A stretch of 63,593 nucleotides of DNA, the filler included, from Perkinsus chesapeaki ATCC PRA-425 (taxonomy: Eukaryota; Protista; Perkinsozoa): assembly GCA_013115145.1 (NCBI GenBank). It is 8 parts of 8 records of this genome, joined end to end, with 100 filler letters (N's around TTAATTAATTAA, not from the genome) between each part and the next. Parts side by side here need not be neighbours in the genome. Positions count along the whole stretch, not along the records: positions 1 to 15,045 come from JAAPAO010000735.1; 7 more parts are not named here. The stretch is one strand, 5' to 3'. The first letter of the stretch is position 1, and the number at the start of each line of letters is the position of its first letter. This document shows positions 1 through 13,270 of this stretch, in pieces. The notes below the pieces were generated by a model. That model saw only the letters and a program-made list of their open reading frames with translations, made no database searches and was not told the DNA's origin. Both the position numbers and the translations under genes were made by a program.

Positions 1-95
1 TTTCCTATCAAACTCCTTTCTATTATATCTCCTCCTCCGTATCACTAGTAACATATTTCCTATCAAACTCCTTCCTATCATATCTCCTCCTCCTC
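1..95. repeat. Imperfect direct duplication of about 40 nt (period 55) in a CEP104 intron
   Basis: tttcctatcaaactcctt(t/c)ctat(t/c)atatctcctcctcc occurs at 1 and at 56. Confidence 0.8.
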
Positions 96-1582
96 CTCCC
101 CCCTCTACCTGAGTCTATGTATCTCCTCCTTCAATGCCTTCGCTCTCGGGTAATCCTCCTCCTCCACAGCTTGCCGCTTTGATCTCTCCAACTCAGCCAG
201 TGCCCTCGACACCCCTTGGAGCCTGGCAATCTCATCCTTCAGTCTCATAGCTTCATCATAGTCCTCGACCTGCTCACCCATCATCCATCACCCCTGCATC
301 CACCTTCCCGTTGCTCACCTCAACTGCCCTTTGCTTCAGCATTGTCAACTGGTTTATCTGTTTTTGTGTCTCAGGATCGGCGTCCTCAGTAGGATACCCT
401 CCCATCAACGGAGAGAAGTCCCCCGTGTAGAGCGGTTCGTTGAAAATGCTGCCATCCCCCCCGGCAACATCGACTGTTAAATGACGTTGCGCGTTGAAGC
501 CGAGGCCACCGCCTCCATCACCGCCCTAAAAGTCATATACCCACAATCGAGCATCGTGTCACCACCCCTGGTGATTGGTGGAGCCAAGAATTTGGCTCAT
601 CTCCTGACGCATCATTGACAGTGCCGATAGGAATCGCAATCATCGGTGGAACTGGTCGGGAATTATTTAGCTATTTCCGGGGACTCACTGTCGCATTCTG
701 TTGGTGGGTCGAGATAATCCCCCAAAATGTTGATAGCGATGAGTCCCTGTGTGTAGATGGAGTTATGACATGGTGTACAAGTAGGCGTACCACTTGCGAA
801 TGCAGGTTCAGCTTGTTGACGTGGCATTTATGCAACTTCACTTGTACGAACCTTGCCGTGCAGTCCACGAAAACTGACTTCAACTCTCGAGCCAGCCACT
901 GACCTGTTATATGATTATTACGGTTATATACTATAAAGTCGAGTATGGTTTATCAAATAATAATATTTCACTGTCCACCACCCCAACTTACTTTTTTCAT
1001 TGGAGTCCAGTGAAAGATACCCAAGCCTTTTGAAGGGGATGGAGTTGACAAAACTAACGCCATCAGGATCTTTAACCGGATCATAGGGAGTCCGAGGGCC
1101 CTCCACAGAAGTGTACTGATATTAGTTATTATTATCCCATCTACCAATCACTCCTACCAGCTCTAGCTTGGTCGATATAGCGCTCTGGTGACTCAGGAAT
1201 TGCATTTGCTTAACTGAGCTTCGCCTGTCAAGTTCGAGAATCACCATCTGACATCCAGTAGGGCGCGTAAGGCATTTTAATGATACCTGCGGGAATGACG
1301 GAAACTTCCGTGACATCCACCCCTGGCCGCTGGTCATGCCAAAACCATTCGTTTCGGCTACCATAAGCTCGCTGGCTGGATGCGACTCTAAGATACCAAA
1401 TAGGTTGATAGAGTGACCATATCGAAATTACCATCTTCAGAAGTCACATAAATTACTTTATACCTCAATCGCACTAAGGATAATAAGTTTGCATTGAACC
1501 CTCTTTTGAAGGCCTTACAAGCTCCTGTGCTCTTCTTAGCCATTTCGGCCGAGGCTGCAGCAGTGGTGGGCGGGTTTGTCAT
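1..1582 (-). CDS. CEP104: Centrosomal/ciliary protein CEP104 homolog, multi-exon, runs off the window start
   Basis: Exon translations match successive CEP104 N-terminal motifs: YKVIYVTSEDGNF, GWMSRKFPSFPQ, ILELDRRSSVKQMQFLSHQSAISTKLE, FKRLGYLSLDSNEKS and KSVFVDCTARFVQVKLHKCHVNKLNLHSQV. The coiled-coil DPETQKQINQLTMLKQRAVE/EDYDEAMRLKDEI...EEEDYPRAKALKEEI follows. GT-AG introns lie between the blocks. Confidence 0.88.
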
Positions 1583-2088
1583 ACTTTCACTAAATTGACT
1601 TTAATACTGGTGCTAACTCAACTCTAGGATGATATAAACAACGAAAACAAACAGTTTAGGGCACTGCAAAAGTGTTCCGGTGGCCAGTGATTGTTGCCAA
1701 TGATGACTTAGTTCACTTCATATTGTATAATAATTATCGAACACTGTGAGCAACGGCTTATGTTCGTTTAGAGGCTTTGCAGATTTAGATCACTCTTAGA
1801 GATTGATGGATTCAACAACACCGAAAGCTCACTCCTGGAATCGTGACCAATAACCGTGGTCCTGACAGCTTTCGGTAGCGCCTCCAATGGATGCCAGAGA
1901 GAGAGGGTTCAACAGACCTATACTGACCCTCAAAGGAGCGCAGGTTCAACACGCAGAGAGAAACTGACAAGTTGCGTTGCAAGAAATGCATGAGATCGAT
2001 TAGAATGGCGCGCGCTTTTGTCAGCTATAAGAGACATTCGTACACAGCGCAGCTGCTGCCACAACGGCTCTCTAACTGACCTTACTAG

Positions 2089-3126
<1,038 letters not shown>

Positions 3127-3570
3127 TTAGGTTATTATTATTACTAAGGTTATTATGATTATGTTAAGAAGAAATATTCATTTATTGTCGGTTAACCCGA
3201 CTGGTAAAAACTGATGGAAAAAGAGGAGAATGTTAGTGTCTTTAGAATTGCTGTTGCGTTATCAGTTTGCTGTTGAAGGGAGAAGTAAAGGCGGCCATTT
3301 GTGTAACTCTCATTGACATTTATATTGTTATTGAGAGTAAGGGCGGTTCGCTATAAAGATTGGTGTGCTAGAGGTAATGTTGCTAAAAGATGCAATCAAG
3401 GTCTCTTGGGATGCCATATATGTTTTTAAACATGATCTTTTATGTTGTTATTGCAGTTGTTTAAGGGTTGCTAGACTTGTGTTGTATAGTTGTAAATATC
3501 GTAGGTTGAAGCATGTAAGATTCGTAGAATGTCGATTGGGTTGACATGTGCGATTAGATTGTTGGTTTGA

Positions 3571-6500
3571 ATGTTACACTCGCCTTCTCGTTCAAGATCT
3601 CCCACTCCGACTTTGCTTCGGCGTGGAGGGGGTAGTGAATCAACCTATTTTGAATCTTTAGTTCCATTATCAGCTTCGACTCCTCCGTTACCAGCTCGTA
3701 GCCGTACAGGCCAGTTAAGTGTGATGATGAGGCCTCAGCAATCGAGAGGGCAGGCAGCCAAGCGGAGGGACATTTCGGTAGAGTTAGGATTCCAATGTTG
3801 AAGTCGATTGGTTTTTAGTTACTAACAAATGACTTTCTTGTCAACGTTGGTACGACTGGTCGAGTGGAAAGTCTGGCGGGTTGGAACCTTGTTATGTCTG
3901 ATGGGTCTACTCTATCACATACCAAGTTGATTGGGGTGGTAACAAGATTACTGGGCCCACCGGTGGGGGAGTCTGTAAGGGGAGATGGCAGTAAGGTAGG
4001 AGGGGGATGAAGAAGAGGAGGAGAGCCAACAGTGATGGAGTGGAGTAGGTTCCTGTTTGTCGATGGCTTATTGATTTGGCGAGTAAATCAGTGTTCACAA
4101 CTCCAGCAGTGAGCATGCCTGTGACGATCGATGACGAAGCAGAATCGGAAGGGCTTGTGAAATTGGAAGCCCGAGCGCCGGTAGGATGGTTGTGTAATAG
4201 GGATAATCATGTTGATGGTTTAGTTGTACGTTACAGCCAACTTAAGCAGAGTGGTGGAACTGTTTCTACTACAAACCCTATTGCGATCGAACCCACCGTT
4301 GAGCGCATCACCGCGGCTGGCCAATGCCAGTAAATCTGGGATGGTTTTTGTTCCTGTTAAGAGCGGTGGCTCAGCGACGACTGAGGTGACATGCGCCAGA
4401 GTTGTTATTGTCGCATATTCCTACTAGGGCGCATTTGAGGACATTCTTGGAGCAAGGGCCGAGCAAAGAGTTGTGGAGGGCACCTCAGAAGGTGGCGCGG
4501 CAAAGTTGACGGTTACTATGAGGAACGGTAGACTGCAGTTGACTGTAGGTGCCGGACGGAGGGCGAGGTTAAGGACTAGTGTCATTCAGTCAGGTTGCCC
4601 CTTGCCGAACTTCATAAGGCAAGTTTGCAGGCTCTTGAGGGAGCAACAAAACCTCGCGGCAGATGAGACCAGCTCAGCCATGCCAACTGAGGGGGAAATT
4701 GAGGACTTCAATCGGTTTTTAGAGTAATAGTGGGCAGAGTGGTGGGATGTGAAGTATGTGGCGTCCAAACTGGCAGTTCGGAGGGAAGTGAAGGGATTGT
4801 CACATCGCTTCGGACACGTTCGGGAAGATCTTTGGCATTCAGAGTGCTCCAAAAAGTGTTGGGGACCGGCGGAGATTGCAAAAATTCTTTCGGATTGTCA
4901 AGAAAATGGTTCGGTGTTTTTCAGCACTGAAGTCCGAGTTGTCCGGCAAAGCCGAAGGGAGAAGGATCGATCGCCGAGGGGGTTGGTGGTGTCATGTGCC
5001 CATACAGGAAAGAATATGTGTTATACGATATTGCGGATACGAAGATGCTCTGAAAAGCTGAGGATTGATGATAGAGAGATGAGCTTGAGGGAGTATTATG
5101 AAGAATATAAGTTAGAGGGGAAGAAGGAATGGACATGTCAACTGCAGCAACAGCGATGTGAGGCAGGAGACGATGTTGTTATAGTTGCTGAGGACTGGAA
5201 AGGGAGGCTTATACCGATCGAGGTGGGTGGGAGGATGGGTTCATGGGCAGCAGGGAGAGTGTCATTCAGTTGTGTAACGTCGAGCCAGGACAGCTGTTAA
5301 GTGTGAAGCCGTTGGCGTCCGCAGCTGAGGCGCCCAAAGCATCCCTCTCGTCGGTCTGGCTGCTCAGAGAGTAATAATGCGGAGTCGGTAGTGAGTCGAT
5401 GTCTTTATTATCGCAGACGATTGGCTTCATCATTACCGATGCCACCGAGGAGTAGGCAGCAGTCAGCTGGTGGAGGATCGGAAGGGACAGTTCTTTCTGC
5501 GCCTGATTTGGAGGTCATTAAGTTTGCTGAAGGTGACCCACATTGGCTTTCAGATAGACGTTCAGCGACGGCCACTCGCGGTGAAGGGGAGGGTCTTGCC
5601 GGAGGTAACGCTGGAATTTAAGGACAAACAGAAACCGGTAGGGAGGGGGAATTCCTGTAGTGGAATGATGATGGCAACATTAGATGCCATGTTCGCAAGG
5701 CTCGTGGGTGATAACAGGGCAGGAGTTCAAGAGGTGTGCGAAGTATGAGATAAGTTATGGTGTGTTGGAAGTTGGAGAGTGCCGAGGAACGGTGGCATTC
5801 TGTGAAGGCCTTCGAGCGATTGGGGAAGGTCATGGCCTCAAATTGAAGGAGCAACCGGTAAGGTTCGAGAGGGATGCAATGTTGGAATGCCTCTTGGCTT
5901 TTTATGCCTGGAATTAGGCTTTTTCGCAGTGAACGAAAAAAGGCGAAAATTTTCGGGAAAACTTCACGACGAACGATTATCACGTTGTTGATATAAATCA
6001 CTCAATTTCACGCAATAGAGAGACTGCAGCTGCGTCACTCGCCGTAGAGTGTGGTAATGACCGACAGAAAGGCGGATTCGACTACTACTGCCCTGCACTC
6101 CTATCACTCATCGAGTTTCTGGTGAATATATTCCTGAGATCCCAACTAGCTCTCACTCTACAGCATCATCAACTCACGATGATGTTGAGGAGGTACTCCT
6201 CTCTCCTGAGGAGAGGAGGTATAATGATATCTCCTATTGTGGGAATGTCGCTAAGTTTCGGAGGTTACTTTCACCAATTCACCACCTGTTCAGTGCGCTC
6301 AACTACGCCTTGATGACGCATCACTCACTGAAGCGGCAGATGTACAGCGGTTGGCTGAGTGGTGTCGAGGAGAGTTGCCCGAGAAAAGTCCAGCGGTAAG
6401 GAACGACTCGGAGCTTCAACAACACCACCTTGGCAGATTTTATTCGTTTTCTTTCCGAAGAGAAGTCGACGAGCATATTGCACAGTGAAGGATTCAACGG

Positions 6501-8379
6501 ACAGAGTGGCTGGTGTCGCCAGTCAGGTAAGCTCCTCCACCGTTTGCGGCGGCGGCGGTGGTCGGAATGCTCCCTCCACAATTATGTCGAGAAAGCATGA
6601 AAGAAATTCTGCCCATTTGCCGATATTTTTCGAACAAGTTGGTTTAGGAATGAACTTAGTGCAACCGGAATTCCTTCCACTATTGTTTAGGTCATTGTCT
6701 CGCCAGGAACGAAGCGAACTATCAATCAGTGGCAAAGTATCCTTTGTGAGCTTTGCTGTAAAATACCACTGAAAGAGCCACTTGCTGAAAGCAGCTGCCC
6801 TGCGGACGGTAGCGATATAATTATTGTCATTAGTAATTCATGTTAGATACTATTGATGACATCCCTCCCTCCGAATCACCGCCTAGTAGCTTGCTCGCTC
6901 CCGGCAGTGCAGCGGCTAAGTCCAGAGGGCCTCAGCACGGTGGAGTCATCGCTGCCATTCCGAGAATGACGCAGCAGACCAGGTAGCCTCACACCTCGTT
7001 CGATCTACCATTGCTGTGCCTCAGTCTCTTTGCAACTCCCAACGGCACCGGTAGAGGAGGAGGAGGTGGAGCCGTTGGTGATGATAAGTCGCTTGCTCCA
7101 CGAGGGTGTATGGTCATGGCATTCACACTCGAGCGAAGTGAAAGGGTTGGTGGGCTGTGGATAGCTACGGGAGTTGGCAGTCTTGACAATGACGTAAGCC
7201 TCAAGGGAAGGACTTCAGACACCCTGGCCGCCTCACGCTATGACAGTCTGTTACGGTGTGAACTAGTCCTTCCTCATTGTACAGTGTCATCATATAAGTG
7301 TCCAAGTCGTTCCCTTTCCTTCCTTCATCTACTTTCCAGCGTTTCAGTGTCTTCTTCTCCTTCTTTGTGTTAGGTTAACGCCTACGCATCGGCATCGTCC
7401 GTCCAGTCTACCTCCACTCGAATAGTCAACATCGAAGATCTCGCCTTCCGCCTCCTCGAACGCTTTTATATTGTCAATTCTCGGCTTCCGCAGAGACTGT
7501 TGGTCTTCCGCAATGCCTTTCCGGCGGGACGGGTGAGCTCCTCAACTTGTGCTGTTCGATTTCCCCATGCAGTTTCTGACTCTACAAACCGCCGAGTTTC
7601 GTGACTTGATGCATGCAATCAGCGACCGAGTCACCCAAGCCATTTTGCTCAAGTCCGGGGCGTTCGGCAGATGCTCCGAGAAAATGCGAGACAGATTTGC
7701 CAGAGAAAAATACACGTAGAGCTTTGGTTCTTCAGCTCTTCATCTCACCCAGCATCTCTCTCAGGCCCGGATTGACGCTCATGTCCGTCTGCCACGGCTC
7801 CTCACAAAACCTCACTTTCTGGTGTGAGAAGCCTCAAGATTGCGATCGTAAGACTGGCAATGTCCCTGCGGGAATGATTGTTGATGGGACAATTACACAA
7901 CCGAATATCCTCAACTTCTATTTGGTATCGCAACAAGTAAGACTTGATGGCTCATGTCTGCAATGATGCGATGGTACATTAGTGTCACACTGGTACGGCA
8001 AGACCAACTCACTACATGTGTCTACATGACGATAATTACATCGATCCTAGTTTGCGGGCTGAGGAGCTGCAGCAGATAGTCTGGAGCCTGTGCCACTTGA
8101 GTGCCAGATGTACCAGAACGACAAGTAGGCCGGCACCGCTGGTTTATGCAGAGGTGAGCCTTCATAGACACGGTGGGTTTGTGGCGGACAGGTTGACTCT
8201 GTAATCAGGCCTTGGCGAAGCGGGTTGATTGCTACATGGAGGCTAATAACGTTGATGAAGCAGAAGAAGGGAATAAGCTGCTTCAAGTAAGGAAATGGTG
8301 TAGTTGGTGATGATCTGATTGTTGTTTTCAGGAGGATGGTCTGACGGACAAGTTACAAGGTTTGAACTATTTCTTATAA
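3571..8379 (+). CDS. AGO: Argonaute/PIWI-family protein (N, PAZ, L2, MID, PIWI), multi-exon, divergent and apparently non-slicing; 5' end uncertain
   Basis: LLTNDFLVNV (N); EMSLREYYEEY...LIPIE (PAZ); LAVKGRVLPEVTLEF (L2); ILFVFFP..AYCTVKDSTDRVAGVASQ (MID); PQRLLVFRN, GNVPAGMIVDGTITQPNILNFYLVSQ, ELQQIVWSLCHLSARCTRTTSRPAPLVYAE and C-terminal NYFL* at 8377-8379 (PIWI). Confidence 0.88.
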
Positions 8380-8725
8380 TTATAGGCCTTTAGGCGATAA
8401 TATTATTACAGTTGTACGATCTCCACAGTGTCTCATCGTTCCAGAGGCATTTGGTTTGTCAATTATCACAGCATACGCTTCATCTCATTTAATCCAACTA
8501 CAGGCTAATGTTGAGGTGTGGCTGCCACAAGAATTGGTTACTTCAAAAGGAACGACGCAACCGTTTCAACTACAAATGAAACGCTCGTGAAACTGCCATC
8601 TGCGCCATTGCTCCGTAACTGCCCCTACACTGCTCACAAACAAAGCACTTCCACTGATGGAGTCTTTGACAATATTTCGCAGTTAGATGTGATTTTATTA
8701 TTACTCATTTAGCTTCTTTTGTAAA

Positions 8726-10321
8726 ATGTGGTACCTCGCCTGTCTGCCTGTCTTAACTATTGCTGTCATCAGCCATCAACGTAGAAATCAAGATGCAGCT
8801 GATTCTTCAACTATGTGGACCGACTACTGCGAGTTCCTCAACGGCCCCGGTAGCGTTTGTTCACAAGATGTCTGTTCAGTTGGTGGACAAGCTTGCGGTG
8901 ATGAAAGTGTGGCTACTACCCCTACACCATCTACCCAGACTGGAGTGACTGATCCTCAGGCCTCCGATCCTTTACGTATCGCCTGCGACAGCTACTGTCA
9001 AACTCTTAATGGTGACGCGTCTTTTTGCAAATTATGGTTTGAATCACCAGTCTGTCAATATGGTGATCAACCCTGTGGTACATTAGAGATCTGTGGTGAT
9101 GCTCCTCGGTACACTATTCCCGATAAGCCTGTTGAGTACTCTGCTGAATGGAACGAGTATTGTCGGTACCTTAATGGCCCAGTAAGTAGTTGCACTGGCA
9201 CTTGTACAGGTGGTGGTCAGCCTTGTGGTCGAGGGAATGCACCAGTTGTTACCCCTACGACAGCTCCTGTGCTGGTTACTACCACAACGGCAGCGCCTCC
9301 GACCGCAGAGACTGAGGTGCAGCCCGTGACAGAGAAGACTGCTGATGCTGGTTGCGATGAGTTCTGCAAGTCCCTCAACGGCGAAACTTCTTTCTGTAAA
9401 TGGTGGAATACGGAGCCAGTCTGCCACCTAGGTGACCAACCGTGTGGGTCCTCCACCGCCTGTAACGGAGACGGCATCCCCGCTGTAACTCCTGTGGTTG
9501 TTGACACTAACGTGGAGGAGGCCCCTACTGAAACTGTTCAAGTAGCTGCTCCAGAAGATGCAGTTCAGCGGACTTGTGACGCTTTTTGCGCTCAGCTCAA
9601 TGGGGAGACTTCCTTCTGTAAATGGTGGCATGCCAGTCCTGTATGCCAATACGGTGATCAGCCCTGCGGCACTATAGATCTATGCGGTGATGGTCCTTCT
9701 GTCAATGTCACCAAGGTATCTCCTATGCTGCCGAAAGTCGACGGTACGCACTACGCCAGTTGCGATAAAATGTGCCAGAGTTTGAATGACGCAACTTCTT
9801 ACTGTAAGTGGTGGATGAACTCTCCAGTCTGTCAACATGGTGATCAACCCTGTGGTGATGTCTCCGTATGTGAATCTGAAACATGGCCATCCCCAGCTGC
9901 ACCGACGCTTCCTCCAGGTGCTCACTCACAGGCATCGGTTGAATGCGACTCTATGTGTAAGAATCTCAACGGTGATGGTTCATACTGTAAATGGTGGAGA
10001 TCTGTTCCGGTATGCCACGGCGGTGATCAACCATGTGGACCTGGTGAATGTGATGGTGTCCCTGTTGTATCTCCTGAGACTGTCAGACCGACGCCTCAAC
10101 CTGCATTAAGGACCGACCCACCGGCACCCGTCAAGGCGGCTCCCTCGGCCCCTGTGGTATCAAAGGCTCATTCGATGCCTAATGCCAAATGTGATGCTTA
10201 TTGTGCGCAATTGAACGATGCTGGTTCCTATTGTAAATGGTGGAAGGATATTCCTGTCTGTAAGGGAGGAGATCAGTCTTGTGCGGCAGAGATATGTGAT
10301 GATGGTGCGACAAGTCGATGA
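8726..10321 (+). CDS. Secreted cysteine-rich repeat protein (531 aa, intronless) with Pro/Thr linkers
   Basis: Hydrophobic N-terminus MWYLACLPVLTIAVIS; six copies of CDxxCxxLNxxxS(F/Y)CKxWxxxPVCxxGDQxC...C plus two shortened copies. Confidence 0.9.
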   Translation: MWYLACLPVLTIAVISHQRRNQDAADSSTMWTDYCEFLNGPGSVCSQDVCSVGGQACGDESVATTPTPSTQTGVTDPQASDPLRIACDSYCQTLNGDASFCKLWFESPVCQYGDQPCGTLEICGDAPRYTIPDKPVEYSAEWNEYCRYLNGPVSSCTGTCTGGGQPCGRGNAPVVTPTTAPVLVTTTTAAPPTAETEVQPVTEKTADAGCDEFCKSLNGETSFCKWWNTEPVCHLGDQPCGSSTACNGDGIPAVTPVVVDTNVEEAPTETVQVAAPEDAVQRTCDAFCAQLNGETSFCKWWHASPVCQYGDQPCGTIDLCGDGPSVNVTKVSPMLPKVDGTHYASCDKMCQSLNDATSYCKWWMNSPVCQHGDQPCGDVSVCESETWPSPAAPTLPPGAHSQASVECDSMCKNLNGDGSYCKWWRSVPVCHGGDQPCGPGECDGVPVVSPETVRPTPQPALRTDPPAPVKAAPSAPVVSKAHSMPNAKCDAYCAQLNDAGSYCKWWKDIPVCKGGDQSCAAEICDDGATSR

Positions 10322-10557
10322 TAGTATTCATAACGCAGATTTAATTATTTTAAAGTATACAGTCATTTAAGTGCATGTCTTCTGAATATATATATTTAAT
10401 TATTACAACTCACATGACTGCTGCTGCTGTTGCGGCTAATAATGTTTTGATATAATTTATTATTATGAAATGCGCTAATAATGTGCTTTATTTCGACAAT
10501 CATAATACTATTGCGTTCTCTAACTAACACAACAACATCAATTAATAACAATAACAC

Positions 10558-10896
10558 CTATTCATTATCCCTCTTATCTGGATGAACTCGTCGAGGATTC
10601 CTCTGTTTTCTGGCTCTTTTACGCCCCTCATTCCATTCAATACCCTCACGAGGGCGTTTCATGCTGAGGTCGAGTGGGAAATCGAGTTGAACTGTGTCTA
10701 TGTCGCCCTTATCATCTGCTCCAAGTGTACCAGAATGATGACCTCTTAATTCTTCATTTCCACCATGTTCCAGGATAACAGCATTCTCTCGAGGAGGTGT
10801 ATTGATGTAACTGCTCTCTTCATTTGCATCGCAGTTGTGATTGAAGTTCCATTGCCACTTGGTAGTGGTATTTCTTGTTGTCCCATGGTGTGCCAA
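10558..10896 (-). CDS. Hydrophilic ORF with a PLDLS motif and a basic cluster; possible 3' exon of the 10820-11362 gene
   Basis: Translation ...DFPLDLSMKRPREGIEWNEGRKRARKQRNPRR...; it overlaps the end of the upstream ORF in another frame. Confidence 0.35.
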   Translation of the reverse strand: MAHHGTTRNTTTKWQWNFNHNCDANEESSYINTPPRENAVILEHGGNEELRGHHSGTLGADDKGDIDTVQLDFPLDLSMKRPREGIEWNEGRKRARKQRNPRRVHPDKRDNE

Positions 10897-11362
10897 GGTA
10901 AAGTGTCACAGACTTGTAACGGCCATGCTCATCGATACTCTCCGGAAGCACGCACATGGCAATGTTTGAATATTGCAGATTATTTTTTTCTCGTACATGA
11001 GGCAACATGATAATGAAGTCATTATTCTGTTTTCGAGTGCCTAGTCCGTAGCAATTATGCTTGACGTACTTGGCGAATTCATCTAGCACTTCATCCGTAT
11101 TACCTTTATTACGATGAACCAGATCGAGTTCTTTAATTGTAACAGGTTCACCAGATGTCGGGTGAACGGTAAGATCAGCAACCATCTTATTATTATTATT
11201 TTCATACACTTTAACCTTAACATCCTCAACACCAGGAGGAAGCTGCGCATTAGCTTGGGGAGCATAATCACCGGTAGGAGGGAGCGGAGGAGGAGGAGCG
11301 CTCATCACGAGGTTGATGATAGTGTTACCACCGATGGCTATAAGAATGAGATTTATCATCAT
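10820..11362 (-). CDS. Putative secreted hypothetical protein
   Basis: Open frame with a signal-like MMINLILIAIGGNTIINLVMSA followed by PPPPLPP and a protein-like composition. The start was moved to the Met at 11362. Confidence 0.6.
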   Translation of the reverse strand: MMINLILIAIGGNTIINLVMSAPPPPLPPTGDYAPQANAQLPPGVEDVKVKVYENNNNKMVADLTVHPTSGEPVTIKELDLVHRNKGNTDEVLDEFAKYVKHNCYGLGTRKQNNDFIIMLPHVREKNNLQYSNIAMCVLPESIDEHGRYKSVTLYLGTPWDNKKYHYQVAMELQSQLRCK

Positions 11363-11870
11363 CGTGGACTTCAATAACAGAGACGCCAATTTGTCGAAGC
11401 AACGAAGAGCAACCCGCCCGCCCTGAGAGACGGCAAATCGATGTTTGTTGACGAGACACTTGTCGCCATGCTGATGATTGTTGATAATGAAGTTGAAGGA
11501 TATTGGCCAGACTGTATCTTTATAATACATTTAAAACAGACTGCTTGGGCTTGGTAAAGGGAATCCGACTGTTGTTGGGCAACGGGAGTTATTACAGACG
11601 ATTAATGTCAAGAAATCGATTCAGATTTGGGGAACGAGACAGTGTCTCCGATGCGAGCAAGTGCTGTTTGGTGCAATTTGGTTCCGGTTTCCTCGCAAAC
11701 AACAAAGGATGCAAAATGACGTCAGTTGGGTGATCGATTCGACGGCAGCTTGTTCTCAAGTCCAGGCTGAAACCACTCTTGAGTTACTCGATAATGTTGC
11801 AAGCTTATCCTATAACAACACAACGCCTTAACAGCCATTCTATACAGTGAATGATTCACAGTCGAATATA

Positions 11871-12949
11871 TCAACAATTGGCACGATGACAAACGCAGTT
11901 GCCAGACTTGTAAAGGCCACAATTATGAAGTGTCCGGAAGATCGTTCGACGAGTCTGAAAGGCTTATAAATGAGAAATGTGTTTATTTGGGACAGACTGA
12001 CCTCTTCTATGAGATATCGTGGACGCCATGTCGAGAAAACATTAACGCTAACCGAAAGACCGAGTCTATCATCAGACTTCATATTGTCTTCAGGAAGTAT
12101 CCTCACGTCATGATACCAATTCCGGGGGAAATATAGAACATCGCCTGAAATAGGAAAACTGCAGTCACTTCTTGATGAACAAGACTATCTACAACGATTA
12201 GACATTATTATTGCTAATACATTCACTATGCCTATATTAATGTTAATACCGATGATTCTCTTACCTTCCATGAGAGTAACCTTTACGGCATTTTTTTGAA
12301 CCTTGCTCAACTTTGGCCATTTTTCTTCCCAGTTTTTTGCATAAACATCAGCATCACAACATCTAGTGCCATCATCATATTTATCATTAACATAAACTGC
12401 ATCTCCTGAATCCGGTGGGAATAATACAACTCTTTTAACTCCTTGTAGCTGAACTAATATATTATTCTCATCATCAGAATGTATACCAGTCTCGGTCACT
12501 TCAGATGCCCGACCAACCCACATGTACAAAGTGTCCTTTCGGTTACCATAAAATGTATCATCAATCAATGGTTTGAATTCCTCAGTTAATTTATCGGCAA
12601 CAGGAACCTGTTTTAAATATCCTTTCACATTTCCATTAATATATTCTCTCATGCTTGTCGTAGCTTTGCCAGTTGGTTTGTCACTTCGTTCCTCAATTGT
12701 CAAACTTAACGGTAATCTCCGGTCGCCATATTCCTCTATCAATTTCTCGCCTGTGAAGTCATTTTTAATGCTTTCAGCTGCTCCCCTGAAGACCGTCGGT
12801 CCTTTCAATGTCGACACGTATTGTGGGCTCAATTTCTCAGTCGCCTCGTCAACACCTTCCACTTGGCTTAAAAATGAAGATGATGAAAAATCTGTACAAG
12901 TCATTATCGAATAAAAACTCCAAGTCTGATAGAAAAAGACTGATTTCAA
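11871..12949 (-). CDS. JmjC (cupin-like) 2-oxoglutarate/Fe(II) dioxygenase, multi-exon; both ends approximate
   Basis: TGIHSDDENNILVQLQGVKRVVLFPP (HxD), spliced to EGDVLYFPRNWYHDV, which supplies the third His ligand. Confidence 0.9.
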
Positions 12950-13270
12950 ACATATATACCATTTACTTCTTTAACAACAACCATTGCCTCCCGTTTAGTA
13001 ACCAGTGAGCAGATCTGAAGCTGACTGAGGTTCGTGACAATTGAGGCATTCATACTCATTCGCCCGTTCATGATGTATCAAACAAATCATCTATCTTTCA
13101 TCCATACTGTTGTTTGATTCTCCAACAGCTGGAGCTCCAAAGCAGCTCTGGTGCAGCCTCCTCAGTAGCGTCTGTTGCTCGTTTCACGCGTCGACTCGCC
13201 AACTCAACACGCAACAGCACATTTCGAAAACATTTCGAGTCCCTCCTGGTAGGACTGAAGGTAAAATCAA

